NCBI RefSeq assembly: GCF_009914755.1
Contig: NC_060947.1
Length of the DNA stretch: 64,000 bases
Direction: 5' to 3' (one strand)
Source: the human T2T-CHM13v2.0 reference genome, Homo sapiens
The translations under genes were made by a program, and so were the position numbers. The first letter of the stretch is position 1, and the number at the start of each line of letters is the position of its first letter. The notes beneath the pieces are model-generated. The model did no database searches. It saw only the letters and a list, made by a program, of their open reading frames with translations, and was not told the DNA's origin. Shown piece by piece: positions 15,793-32,212 of the stretch.

Positions 15793-17114
15793 TAATAAAA
15801 CCTAAAAATAGTATATTTATTCAGTTTTTTAGGTTATTTTATTTGATTATATCTTAATGTAAGAAGTATATTAATTGCATTTGGTAATGTTGAGATATAT
15901 TTCTTATGGCACATCTTTTAGTGCTTTGATAAATGATATTATACACTTTCAACCACTTTTAATTATCCCTAATAACCCCAAAAGGTTTAAAAGTATTTTC
16001 AACCCTATTCAAAGTGGCTTGCTGGCTATTAAAGGCTGACTGTCTCTGGCTGAGAGGCATCTTGGCTGCTAATATGGGTAATTATAGACATTCCTAAGGC
16101 TATTAAATTCGTAAGGCTATTAAAACATCTAATGTTTCTTAGCTTTGATTATAAGACATCTGAAATTGCCTGGCTGGATTAGGAGAGTCTTGTATTAAGC
16201 ATTTAGGTCATGAGATCACTAGACCAAGTCTTATCTATGTTATATGATGTAAAGCTATATTTCAGCTATTCCATAAACATTAGCTAATATCTACTTTTTG
16301 AAGACTTAACATGTTTTTCCATTTTATTTTTGAGCTCCTTATTTACACAGCATTTCTATAAACAATGAAAAATAAATCTCATACTTGGATTATACTACTT
16401 GTGGAATACTGTACTGTGGGTGAAATTGTACACACAGGCACACACACACACACAAGGCATTTCTATATGTATTATTAGTCTGATGTATGAAAATATAAAT
16501 ATATAAAGCAATAGGTAATTTTTAAACTATAAGGGACTTTACAGATAATCTAGACCAATCCTCTAGTTTTTAGTTGATAAAGCTGAGGCAGAGAGAGTTT
16601 ATATGATTTACACTATCACATAGCAGGTTATTGGCATATTGAAGCTATACGGAACTGCATTTGGCAATTCCTAATAGAGAAAAATAGCCCATTATGGCAA
16701 TATAATACATTTTTTGTACAATAACAAGCTCTCCCATTTATATTTTCTCCTAAGTAAATTTATTCAGTTTCTCGTGTGAATAAACCTGATGGTTGTTTTT
16801 CAGATGGCGTAGAAATAAAAATAATAATAATTAGTTTCTGACAGTTCCATCCTGTCAAATTGCCTGAATCTATTTTAGAATACATGTACTTTTGAAAGCA
16901 TTTGCATCATCTCTCTCTAAAATAATCTATACATGGAGTTTTTTGGGAAGAAAATAATTTGCTATAAAATATGGATGTATCGTCCATTACTTTCATTCAG
17001 TAAAGGCCTGAAAATAACTGGGTCCCTAACCTAAATTTCAATGACAGATGTAATTGACAGGAAATCAATCAAATGTTATGTACTTGAAAATTCTAAAATC
17101 AGACAGCTTTTTAT

Positions 17115-17270
17115 AAACCCTGGCTCTGTCCATTTTATCATTTTGGAATAGCTATTATCTCACTAAACCTTAGTTTCTTCACATGTCAAATGGGGATAAT
17201 GCTGCATTAAGGTTATCTATTTTATGAGGATTAAATGAAATAATGATTGTAAAATATGTGTCATACAGGA
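17115..17270 (+). mobile_element. MIR fragment
   Basis: ccctggctctgtcc...ccttagtttcttcacatgtcaaatggggataat...tgaggattaaatgaaataatg. Confidence 0.7.
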
Positions 17271-18035
17271 AATGGGTGTTTTGGTATTTATTTATACTAG
17301 GGCTCCATAAGTAGTTCTCAGATCTTGTAAGAAATGGTTATGACTTTTAGAAATCCAGAGTAAAATGGACTCTAAACACCACAGGAGACCAGGGAATAGG
17401 CAGATCAGGCAAATGTTTCTGAAAAAAAAAAGTAATTTAATTAAAATTAGCTTCACATTTTTGGCCGTTTAGGAGATACAATACAGTGAAACGATATATT
17501 ATAATAAGCACATGATCCAATTACTGAATCAGTAATTTAGAAGACATTGAATAAGGAAAATTTAAAACCAGACTACTGTCCATATGAGAGAGATTGAGTA
17601 GCTGGGCTTTACTCTAGAGAGGATATGATTCAAACCAATGTCTCCAATTGCTCAAGTCCTCATCTTGTGTAACTGCATAATATTTGATTATTTCATACAA
17701 ACTCTAGTTTAGAAGGAAGTGGCTACATTTCCTACTTGATATTTGTTACCTCTTGCTCAAAAAATCTTTCCATCAACTTTGATTTTGACATTAATGACTT
17801 TTCGTGCTTCTCTAGGGCTTCCTAGCTTGCTTTTTCCCTTAATCATGGCTTATCCTTTCTTGCATTTTTCACGACATTTGCAACATGTTGACACTCAATT
17901 TTTTGTTGTTAACAAAGCTATATTGAAGATTGATGCAGGGGAATAAGGAAGGTCATGAAGACCATAATTTTGAAAAAAAACTTAAAAATTAAATATCAGG
18001 ACTTCCTCTTCCAGGTATAATGGGGCAAGATAGAC

Positions 18036-18038
<3 letters not shown>

Positions 18039-18091
<53 letters not shown>
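18039..18091. repeat. (CA)n microsatellite
   Basis: Long ac run with one internal ta interruption. Confidence 0.95.
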
Positions 18092-19298
18092 ATAATATAA
18101 GACATCAGAGAACAATAATGGTGGCCAATAGTTGAAGGACAGTTATCTTGACGAGAAAGAAAATATGTTTAGGGGAGTCCTACATTCCCCATTCCTTTCC
18201 CTTTGGGGAAGATAAGTACTCTTACTGTAGACATTGAGACTAAAAAGAAGCAGCAACTTAGAGTTTGTGGTAGTCTTACTACCCTGGGAAGAAAATAATT
18301 AGAACTCAGGACTACCAAAAAGTCAAACATTAGTGTACAAGATGCAGGAAAGGAGGAAACTGCTGAAAAGTGAACTCTGTATTCTGTGTTCACTTTCCTC
18401 TTTTGAAGCATTTGCTAAACTCCAAGCTGCGCAAATGCCCAGGTAAGACACAGAGAATAGGATGTTACATACGATGTTAATGGATTATTTATGACATGCT
18501 ATTGCTAATATATTACGGTTCTCTCCCAAATTGACCTATAAATTCAATGCAATCCCAATTGCAGCTAGATTTTGTTTGTGGAAATTGACAAGCTGGTTTT
18601 TAAATGTACATTAAAATATATGGAGCCAAAAAGAGTCAAGGCAAGCTTGAAGAAGAACAAGGTTGAGGATTTTACACTACTAGATATTAAAAAAAAAAAA
18701 TCAGTAGTGAAAAGTATAATGTTAGCTCAGGGATAACAAACAGATCAATTGAACGGAATAAAGGATTCAGGAACAGGCCCACACTTACATGATTACCTTA
18801 TTTAAGATGAAGGTGACACTGCAGTGCAGTGGAGAAAAGATGTTCTTTTCAATAGTATTGGATTAATTCTGTGTGAGATGGGGTAAAAATGAAATCTCAC
18901 TCCTAACTCTCTTCATACACAAAATAAATTACAGGTGTGTCGTAATCCTAAAAGTCAAAGTTAAAACAATAGTGCTCCTAGAAGATATTATAAAAGAATA
19001 TTATCATAGTTTTGAGTAGGCAATGGTTTCATTAAAAAACTTTATAAAAGCTAATCAAAAAGAAAAGAATGATTGATGAATTCTTTCATTAAAATTAAGA
19101 ATTTCTATTTATAGAAAGACACTTTTAGAAAGTGAAAAGGCAAGACACAAAATGGGAGAAGATATTTGCAGCACGTCAATCCAATATAGGACTCATATCC
19201 AGACATATAAAGAATTTCTACAAATCAACAAGGAAAGGATTGACAACCAGAATTGAAAATTAGATTAAATATGTCAGCAGGGACTTCACAAAAGAGGA

Positions 19299-19662
19299 TG
19301 TTATAATCTGAATGTTTGTGTCTTCCCCAAATTCATATGTTAAGGCCCTCAACCCCAATGTGATTATATTTGGAGATAGAGTCTCTAAGGAGGTAATTAA
19401 GGTTAAATGAGGTCAAAAGGGTGACTGCGATCCACAAGAAGAGACATTAGAGAGCACCCCTCTCCACTCTCCCTGCCATGTGAGGACACAGCAAGAGGGT
19501 GGCCATTTGTAAACCAGTAGGAAAACCCTCACCAGAACCTGATCTACTTACACCCCTGATCTCATATTAGTAGCCTTCAGAATTGTGGAAAAACAAATTT
19601 ATGTTGTTTATGACCACCCAGTTAGTGGCATTTTGTTATGACAGCCCAGGCAGACTAATACA
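19299..19662 (+). mobile_element. MLT1A-like (ERVL-MaLR) solo LTR
   Basis: TG...CA ends (tgttataatctgaatgtttgtgtc...cagactaataca); 5-bp TSD gagga/gagaa. Confidence 0.88.
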
Positions 19663-19713
19663 GAGAATATCCAAATGGCCAATAAGCATGTAGCAAGGTG
19701 CTAGATATCATTA

Positions 19714-22497
<2,784 letters not shown>

Positions 22498-23207
22498 AAA
22501 TGATGGCAAGGATGTAAAGCAACTGCAATATTTGACCACTGGTGGTGGGATTGTAAATTGATTCAACCATTTTATGAAAGTGTTTTCTAGTGTCTGTTAA
22601 AGCTGAAAAGTACGTCCTCAAATTAAATGAGTAAATAATGTTCACCATGATATATGAAGCCTGAATGCAACATATTTGAAGAAAAAGGAAATGGTTTAAT
22701 GTACTTTTATGAAGGTAGTATATCCTGTAAGAGATAATTATAATTCAATTGTTAGTTCCCTGTTTTTTCCTTAATTTAATGCCCTAGTATTATTATTACT
22801 GACATTCAACAATTATCAGATGTCTAGATTTTCAAGCTGTTGATCCTGATTTGTGCAACTTACAGAATCAACTCAAAATTGAATGGATTTTAGAAACATG
22901 TACACGAACACATGGGCCTGGAATAGTTAAATAATAAAAACCAGTAAAGTAAAAAGTAGATGAAGCTGCAGGTGAATTGTCACTGATACAAGATTTTCTA
23001 TGAGAAGACACATAAGGTGACTCAGACAGGTTTATGTCATCTGGTGAAAGAATTCAAGCAATATTATAACAGACTTCATCTTCTTAGTAGCTCAATCATC
23101 ATTCAGATGCCAGCTGTGGTTAAGAAATTTATGTTTTTTAGCACACTGAGAGAAGCTCCATCATCTTTGGGGACACATTCATACTTACAAAGGTTATAAA
23201 ACTGATA

Positions 23208-23389
23208 TATAAAAATAGAATTATATTAACTTAAAATGAATTATTATCATAGAAACTAAAATGTTCAAACATGACAAGGGAAGCCAAATTATTATAAAAA
23301 TAGAACTATAATATATTAGCTTAAAATGAATTATTATCATAGAAACTGAAATTTTCAAACATGACAAGAGAACCTAAATTATTATAAAA
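23208..23389. repeat. Diverged two-copy tandem duplication (~85/91 bp)
   Basis: tataaaaatagaa...cttaaaatgaattattatcatagaaact...ttcaaacatgacaag...aaattat occurs twice, starting at 23208 and 23293. Confidence 0.93.
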
Positions 23390-23964
23390 TGGTAGATTGA
23401 TTGAAACCAAATGAAGGAATTTCATATATCTAATGTTTACTTGCTCATGCTAAGACACTCAGATTCATACAGCTTAAAGTTGTATAGATCTTGTCAATGG
23501 AATAGAATATTTATTTATTTCCCCTCTGTGGTGCTTAAATTTGTACTACCAATAAGTCCTTCAATAATATCTCTCTCTTTCTCTCTTTGTCTTTCATTTT
23601 ATACTTTCAAATCAAACTAAATCCCCTTCGGATTGACTGTAACTACATTAATGCATTCAAGCATGTTAAAGTGAAGTTTTGCAAGCAGGATGTGAATGTG
23701 TCTTTGAGGTGACTGGTCTGACCAATTATATATTAAATTTGAAAATCCTATTTGTCTATTTCTTAAAAATTTAAATAAAGCCCCCTCATATACTAACTGC
23801 ATAATGTAAAGACACAAAGACTTTCAAGGACCGGTAAAATTCAAAGTGTCTTTTTCCCCCCTGAAAAACAGGAAGGCTTGTAAAATTCTTTCTACAAAAT
23901 GAGAGGAAAGTAAATGGTGTTTTGAAGTAGGCAGGCATTTATTGCGGAGTTAAAATTAATATAT

Positions 23965-24780
23965 TAATTAATGCATTCAATACTTCATCAATAAATACTC
24001 TTATGAGAGTAATAAGCAGTAGGCAGTAGGAATGCAGAGTTGCAGAGTCTAGGGCATATTCTCTCTGAGTGCTCGCAATCTTTAGGGGAAACAGAAAAGT
24101 AATCACATGGCTCAGTTCCCGATTTATTGACTGTGAAGAAAGACAATTCAATTTCATTTAAGAAGTATTATGATAGAAAAATTAAGAGATATATAAGGGT
24201 GTATAAGGAAGTTAGGTTCCTTAATCTAGCCCAAAGTGGAGGATGAGAATAGTGTTGAAACCAATAAAGATGGAAAACTCAAAGATACAGGAGAGAGAAA
24301 AAGGAATATTTGATACAGCAACTTCTCTAAGGAGATGAAGCTGAAAGTTTGTTTAGAAACTGATTGAGGTGGCTGTTGGGATATAGATAATAGTGAGTGT
24401 CTACACAGAATTTGTAGGTTGGGTTAAAGAGGGAGGATTTTTCTGCCTAATAGCTTCTATTGTTTTTAAATAGGAGAGATAACTCACTGAAAGTGAAAGG
24501 AAGCTGTAATTGGGGGATAGAGCAGAGCCTGGGTGAATCTGAGGACCAGAAATTTATGGGAGAATCAATATAAAGAATTAAATGTACGTCTCTAGCAAAC
24601 ATCATAAGCCTATGTAGAGAGAGGTGAAAGATTAAATTATCCAGGGTTGGAAATGTATGTCACAGATGATGGAATAACAAGGGGGAAAGAAGGTTATGGC
24701 AAAGATCGATCACACTATTGAGGATAGATGGGAAAGAAGAAAGAAATTAGAAGAGAACTAATAGATGAGGGGAATTAGAG
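23965..24780 (-). mobile_element. L2 fragments
   Basis: atgcattcaatacttcatcaataaatactc (reverse L2 tail) followed by purine-rich L2-like body. Confidence 0.45.
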
Positions 24781-24782
24781 GC

Positions 24783-24828
24783 GTGTGTGTGTGTATGTGT
24801 TTGTGTGTGTTTGTGTGTGTGTGTGTGT
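24783..24828. repeat. (TG)n microsatellite
   Basis: Imperfect gt run. Confidence 0.92.
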
Positions 24829-25241
24829 AGGGGTAGTGAGATGAAGAGACTGGAGGGCACCGAGCTGGAAGAACAGCGCCTGCATTTAAATACATCTCAC
24901 CTGTTAGAAATAAATCAGTAGAAACATACTAACAACATTCTGCAATTAATAGATAACTTTGTAAAATTGCAGACATAAAGACTGAAGACCTTAAGAGTAG
25001 ATCAGTTCTGATACAATGAAGTCAGGGGTCTAACATGACCTAATAATAATCAGCACGGGAATCAAAGCAGGTCAGTGGATAATGCCTAATTGGGAAGATT
25101 TAAAGTAATCTCAAGAATTTCAACAATAGCTTTGAAAGGAGAGTTATGAATTATAGAGGGGTACTACAGATGAGTCCCCTCTGGGATTCAGAGTCAAGTT
25201 GTTTGTAAAACTAGTGTGCTAATGATTTTTCTCAGGTTTCT

Positions 25242-25561
25242 GTCTCTTTTCTTTTTCTTTTCTTTCTCTCTCTTTTTTTTTACACAGGGTCTCACTCTGT
25301 TGCCCAGGCCAGAGTGCAGTGGCGTGATCACGGCTCACTTCAGGCTCAACCTCCTTAGACTCAGGTGATCTTCCTACCTCAGCCTCTCAAGTAGCTGGAA
25401 CTACAGGCGTGCACCACCATGCCCAGCTAATTTTTGTATTTTTTGTGGAGACAAGGTTTTGTCATGCTGCCTAGGCTGGTCTTGAACTCCTGAGCTCAAG
25501 CGATCCACCCACCTCGATCTCCCAAAGTGCTGGGATTACAGGCGTGAGCCACAGTACCCAG
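25242..25561 (-). mobile_element. Alu (AluJ-like)
   Basis: cagggtctcactctgttgcccagg...gatcacggctcac...ctcctgagctcaagcgatcc; 11-bp TSD ctcaggtttct (25231-41 / 25562-72). Confidence 0.96.
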
Positions 25562-26303
25562 CTCAGGTTTCTATTTGCAATAGTTCTCTCCATGAGGATT
25601 TTGTTTTCTGGAAAAAAGGGAAAAAAAGATGGGCAGTCTTCACACTTCTGGAAGACTATAAAATATCTAATTTTACTCCAGTGACCTTATTTATACGTTG
25701 ACGATTTTGTAGTTATTAGAAAGGAGACAACCCAGGGAGAGAGATGGACTGAGTAGAACCCTAGCTAGAAACACAGGTAATGTTACCAGGTCTAGAGTGG
25801 AAATATCTGTATCAATTGCCCCTGATTTAATTTTAGGAGATGTGTGGCATCCTCTGGAGGGGAATAAAATTCTTGTAGGAGTGTGGACTTTTAAAAGGAC
25901 TAATGTTTTGCTTATACAAATTTGGGGGCTCACCTTCTAGTGTACTTTAGTAGTAGTATATATTGACTTGGACCCACATAAAATAAAGCAGAGCTGTACT
26001 ACATTTATATCTATGTAATCTGCATTTTACTATACATCTGAATTTATGGTTCAGCTAATCGTGTAGGGCATATAGATGTTTAATTTCTTAAATCTATTTA
26101 TTTAATATCACTTTAAATCTCTTATTATAAAGTTCTGAATAAGGACTTATATTTTATATATTATCTTTATATGAGAAGCCTCAGCTGACCTCATCACCGT
26201 TACAACCAAGACCCTCAGGCCTACTGTGAGAAGGCTAGTAGGCAGATATGTCTTAACAGGCATACAGAATGCTGTCAAAAAGTGTCTTCTTCTATTTTCA
26301 GAC

Positions 26304-26789
26304 ATGTTAGTTTCTTCTTACTGCTGTAACAAATTATCACAAATTTACTGGCTTAACATTATTATATTACTTCTACAGGTGAGAAGTCCTAAAATTAAGA
26401 TATTGGCATGGCTGAATTCCTTCTAGAGCCTCTGGGGAAGAATCCATTTCCTCTTTTCCAGTTTCTATAAATGATGTGCATTCCTTCATTCATGGCCCCT
26501 TCTTTCATCTTCAAAGCCAGCAGCATCCATCTGCACTTCTCCTCCTCTGATTATTTTTTCTCTTTTATAGGATCCTTGTGGTTACCTTAGGGTCCTTCCT
26601 CTCTCTTACAGGACTCTTGTGGTTACATTAGGCCTACCTGGATAATATAAGGTATTCTTCCCATCTCAAGATCCTTAACTTAATGACACCTGCAGAGTCC
26701 CTTTTGTCATGTAAAGTAACATATTTACAGGTTCAGGGGATTCGGATGTGAACATCTTTGGGAGGAGAGGCATTATTCTGCCTACCACA
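26304..26789 (-). mobile_element. MLT1C/D-like (ERVL-MaLR) LTR
   Basis: tgctgtaacaaattatcacaaa...ccatctcaagatccttaacttaat...cattattctgcctaccaca. Confidence 0.82.
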
Positions 26790-27079
26790 GGGAGCATATG
26801 CCAGTACACTTATCACTTGTGGAAAACTATTTTTCTTTTATTTATTTTTTCTTTTGCACATATTTCCTGAGTACTTACTGTGTGCATGGCCCATAGTGGA
26901 AGGCACTAAGTAAATAGTAAAGTCGCTGTCCCTGCAGTCAAGAAGCTAAACATCTATTGTTAAAAATAAACTTTAGACTTCCGAAAAATTTTTATTGTTT
27001 GTTGTGCAGTGAGGTTGTTTATATTTCAGTTTCTATTTCTTGGTAATAATAATATTTGATATCACATTTGTTTGTATTC

Positions 27080-27580
27080 ATTACATAAATAGCAATGTCC
27101 TCCAGCGGAAGACCACCAGGAACATAACTGTAGTGGAATGAATTGGGTTTATTAGTTGTTGCAGTGAGGGATATTACACAATATGAGGAATGTGCAGCAT
27201 CTCAGTAATTGTGTTGAAAAGGACTTATTGGATTTGGGTTTTGTGAGGAAATCTTGAAGAACATCTAAGGAAATGGAGACTCACTCTGGATCATTTGTTG
27301 TCGGTAAGCAAGGGGAATCCTATCATTGGGTATCTCAAAACATCTAAAGGAAGGGCAAACTGGAGTGGGGATAAAGCTGTAATAGGCAAAAAAGCAACAG
27401 TCACTCATATTAGCCAACAGAAAGGGATGTTTGGTGTTTTGTGGGTGGCACAAAATCTTTTTATATCTTGCTGTAGCATGGTCTCAGAGTGGCCTTGTCT
27501 GATATTGGTGCTCTGTGAGACTGCTTATGACCAACAAGAGAAAAATGTGGCCTAACAGTGAGCATCAGGCCAGCTCACAT
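27080..27580. mobile_element. ERVL-type solo LTR (MER76-like)
   Basis: agaccaccagg...aattgggtttattagttgttgcagtgaggga...catctcagtaa...aaaggacttattggatttggg resembles MER76 as recalled. Confidence 0.5.
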
Positions 27581-27609
27581 GGAGACCTAGGTTACTCTAG
27601 TTCCTAGAT

Positions 27610-27762
27610 GCTATGCTTGTGGCATTTCCCATCCCTGTCCCATCTGTGGCACTTGCTAAAAATGCAGAATTCCAAATCTACCCTACGATTACTGCATCAG
27701 AATCTCTGAGAATTGATTTAACCAGGTGATTCTTGTATATATTAAAGGTTAAAATTGCTCTA
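27610..27762. mobile_element. MER5-like hAT fragment
   Basis: cttgctaaaaatgcagaattcc...actgcatcagaatctctg...ccaggtgattctt. Confidence 0.6.
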
Positions 27763-29348
27763 TTTAAACAATTTAAAAATCGTTTATCAGGGTTAAATAT
27801 TTGCTTGTTCATGATTACTGTCCTCAGTAATAATTTTCTGACGTTTTTATTTTTTCATTTATAATTCACAAACTATAGCCTTTTATTTATCCATGCCTTT
27901 TTGTTAGATATTTCTTGGAAATGGCTAAGCTGTGGGACTCTCTTATGAAAAACCAAAGGAGAGATATATTTCCAAAGAATTTAAAACTAGGCCCTAATGA
28001 TATTTGTATGGATTTAACATCTGCAGTTTAGTCTTTCATTTTCACAGTTTACTTATATGTTGACTGAATGTCACCTGAAATGAATACTGCAAGCCACAGC
28101 AAGACTAAGCAACAATTCCTGTTCAGGTTCTGAATGCATGCTGCACCATCTTCTCTCTGCATCATCTTGCTGTTGACAAGCTTTCCCTTGTGCTTTAAAC
28201 CTGAAACCACATAAGCCTTACAGCCTCACTCTGATGTGCATGCCCTTTAAAACCTCAGCTAAATGTGTTTTCCTTGTCCCCACATGAAAATGTGAGGGAA
28301 AGCAAGCCTATAGGAGGAAGCCTGTGCCTTCAAAATAACATTGATGATACTCACACCTTAATTTCTTTTCTTTCTTCCTTTTTTTGGCACAAGATAAAAA
28401 TGCACAATAGGAAGACAAAGTTAAAGGCAAGATGTATTCTCTTTAGTATGATCTGACATAATTATTAATATTAACACTCTAAAATATGGCTTCAAGTCCT
28501 CAAAATAAATTTTTCTGAAATAATAATTTCAATATTCTACTTTAAGTAAGTAAATAGGTAACTTTAGAAAAATAAACGTTCATGAAGAACATGCTGAAGC
28601 TGAATGTCAATTAAGAAAGAGAAGACAGTATTTAGCCATAGTTTGTGCAACTTGTATTTCCATAAGAAAATCAGAATTTAATAAGAGTTCTGGAAGAGTG
28701 AGAGTGAAAGATTTTCACATTCTAGATGGCAACAAAGTGTCCTATGCAAGTGCTTTTCATACTATCCCCAGCAATAGATCAGTATCTTTTATCTCTTTGT
28801 TCATTCCCTTTCTAAATATCATTACTCAGATTCATCACAGATGGATAATTTTTAATAGAATAACATTCAATCTATTTAAAAACATAGAAAAGAAATGTGC
28901 AAACTACAGGGCCATCCTTAAATCACTGTTAGATTTGACAAGCATAAAATTGCTCTTTCAAATTGCTATAAAAATTTATAAAGGTTTAGTCTCAATTTCT
29001 GTACTTCATTGTGGACCAGTAAAAAAACTTCCACAGATCTCCACATGTTGAATGGTAGTGTCTGATACTATGTTTAAGAACTGGGGTTTTAATATTTATA
29101 ACATCATAATTTGTTAGGGCTATAAAGGACATCAGAAATTTAACCACAGATTTAAAAGAAATAAGACCACTGAAATAGGTGAAAATGAAGGCAAAACATT
29201 CTTGCTCAGAAACTTGTCAGATCCCAAAGCAAACATAGCCATTTAATGAATGGAGTAGGAGAGGCTAATGGACAGGAACGAATGAATACTATTTGATTTA
29301 CAATGTATTTTTAGAAAAAATAAAGATAGAAGAGTGGTGCTATTTATA

Positions 29349-29689
29349 TTTTTGTCTTTTTATTTCTTTTTATTTTTTATTATACTTAAGTTCTGGGATA
29401 CATGTGCAGAATGTGCAGGTTTGTTATGTAGGTATACATGTGCCATGGTGGTTTGCTGCACCCATCAACCTGTCATCTACATTAGGTATTTCTCCTAATG
29501 CTCTCCCTCCCCTTGCCCCCAACCCCCCGACATGCCCCAGTGTGTGATGTTCCCCTCCTTGTGCCCATATGTTCTCATTGTTCAACTCCCACTTATGTGT
29601 GAGAACACGCGGTGTTTGGTTTTCTATTCCTGTGTTAGTTTGCTGAAAACGATGGTTTCCAGCTTCATCCATGTCCCTGCAAAGGACAT
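29349..29689 (-). mobile_element. L1PA (L1PA7/8-like) 3' end, ~330 bp
   Basis: T-rich tail, then tatacttaagttctgggatacatgtgcagaatgtgcaggtttgtta...tccctgcaaaggacat. Confidence 0.93.
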
Positions 29690-29849
29690 TAAAAAGGATA
29701 GTAAGAATGATTGAATTGTAGAAATTGAGCTTTTTTATATATACCACATATAGAGGTTAGCAGCAAAGCTAAATAGAACTGCGATCCATTTTTACTTCAT
29801 GCCAGAAAACTATTCTTGCTACTGTGAGTGAGCTCATCTTTCATTTGCC

Positions 29850-30350
29850 TTTTTGCCTCCTCTCCCACTTTCAATGTGTCATCAAGTCCCACTGAGATGG
29901 CTGCCTAATGATGCCTCAAATCTGTAATAGTCTCTGCTTTATCACTGGGACCTCCAATAGTGCCTGGCACATAGTAAGTGTTGAGTAAATATTTGTCGAA
30001 TGATCGAAAGAATATATGTTCTCCAACGCATGGCGTAATGCCATGTTTTTCCTTGTCTTTATGATTTTGAACATGAGTTTCTCTTTTTATATAATGTTGC
30101 TACTTCTTAACATTTTTGAAGACAGGCTCAATCTACATGGCACAACTTTTCTGAACTCTCCCCCAAAACCCCCAGAAAAAGCCTCCTTAACTCTGCTCTG
30201 AGTCTATATGTATTATCTCATTACAATTATTTGCTTATATATGTCTTCCACAATAGACTAAATGGTCTTGAGGACAGAAATTATGTCATTATTTTAATCA
30301 TCTTCCCAGTGCCTAGCACGGTGCCTGAAAATCCTAGGAAATCAATATAA
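29850..30350 (+). mobile_element. L2 fragments (two 3' ends)
   Basis: agtgcctggcacatagtaagtgttgagtaaatatttgtcgaatga at ~29960 and cccagtgcctagcacggtgcctg at ~30310. Confidence 0.65.
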
Positions 30351-31354
30351 TTTATTCTATGGATGAAGAAGTGAATTAGTCAATGAGATCAAGAGAAAAT
30401 TATAAATGATTTTAGCTCCATCTATCACACATAGAATTTTTGTGTTTTGCTTCTCCACATCTTGTAAAGCTCCTTGCCCATAAAGTCTAATAGTCATAAT
30501 TTTTAATTTGATTGATAACAAATATATTAGCATCCTGTACTTCAATTTTTGTTGCATTGTCATTTATTTGATTTCTTACTTATTGTTCAGAAACAGGGAA
30601 GAACTTAACAAAATACAAGACAGCTCTGATTAAGATTCTAAAATATATAATTCTCTCTCCTGGAAATAATTATGGAAGCTACACTATCTCCTTTGACGTT
30701 TCCGTGTTCTGGTATGCTCTTCTAAATACCAAAGATTTCTTGCCTTAGTGGTGACCCCAATTTTATCAGAAGAAGTTTATAATTGGGGGCACACTCAACT
30801 GATTCCTAATCTATGTCAAGGTTATTCCCCTTAGCTTAATTGCCCAGTACTTAACTCTTGCGTGTGACCCTAATACAAGAGCATATTCAAAAGGGTTTCG
30901 ACTTTACTGAAAGTAACAGATTGCATCATTTCATAATTCTCTACTAGATAGTAAAGTAGTTTGCAACAAAATCTAATCTCTTCCCAATTTTATCTTATTG
31001 TTTGCAACATCAGTAGATAAAGCTTCTTTGAATCTCACTTGTAAAACATCACACATTTTCTGGCACTTTCACTAATTTGTAGTCCTAACTCCTATGCTCC
31101 CATTTATCTTCTGCTGAATAAATAGTAGATTAACTGATTCACAGGCTTCTGATTTACTCCACATATTTGACTATAAAACTTAAGGAGAAAATTCTCTTTA
31201 TTTTATAATACAATTCAAGTCACACCTTTGGAGCTGTCAGTTTAATTTTTTCTTAGAGCACCTTCCCAAATTAATGTTGAAATAACTCAATCTATTTTGA
31301 TATATGGTCAACCTACTAGAAAATGCAAAAATATCAGTTAACAATAGTTCTTAC

Positions 31355-32212
31355 ACTCATTTATTACACTAATACTATTTGGAAAATACTTTTTGAGAGC
31401 TTGCTATTAAACAGGCTCTGGTTTTTGTTTGGGGATTCAGTGTGGAAAAAGATAAACAAGTTACCTTCGACCTTATATTCTGGTAGAAAAAGATAAATCA
31501 TAAAAAGTAAAAAGCTGCATAAACAAGATAATTTCTTATCATTATGTATGTGCAGTATATACAGGCAGATGTGATAGTGACTGGACATTTTTATATATAG
31601 GGTTCTAGGGAATGCATCTCTGATGAGGTAGCCTTTAATCTGAGGACTGAGGGATGAAAGAAGCCAGCTACAAAAAAGGAAAATATTTCCAAGTAATGGC
31701 AACCAACCAATCCAAAAGCTCTAAAGAGGGGATACCCTTAACCTATTGAAGAAACATCGAAAAGGCCAGTGTGGCTGTGATGTAGTAAGCAGGGGGTGCA
31801 GTGAAAGGAGTGTGTGAATTGGTGTCTAGAGTTTGACAAGAACCAGATGACATAGGGACGTAGAGTGTGAAGGGAAGCCATGGAATGGTTTTAAGCAAGG
31901 GGATGACACAATTATATTTATGTTTTGAAAAATTTCTCATAGTGCTATAAGAACAATGGACTTTAAGGAGTGGAAGCAGAAATCCCAGAGATAGGAGATT
32001 ATGGCAAGAGTCCAGGAGTAAGATGATGGTCACCTAGACTAGGAGAGAATTGGACTGATTTAAGATAAATGCTGAAAGTAGAATAGACAGCATTTGCAAA
32101 TTGATTAATTTACTGGGTGAATAAAACAAGCATGAAAAAGGCTGCTACATTTTTTACTTGAGTAATTAGTTAAAGATTCATGCCTCTTACTAACACATGT
32201 AGTTTGGGGGAG
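31355..32212 (-). mobile_element. L2, left part (continues at ~36225-36710)
   Basis: gaaaggccagtgtggctg, gggaagccatggaatggttttaagcaagggga, gtagaatagacagcatttgc are L2 body motifs. Confidence 0.78.

Noticed and set aside
16024-16124. Three copies of GGCTATTAAA; also a 12-bp tandem repeat at 50716-50742
   Set aside because: Short slippage-type duplications with no further support.
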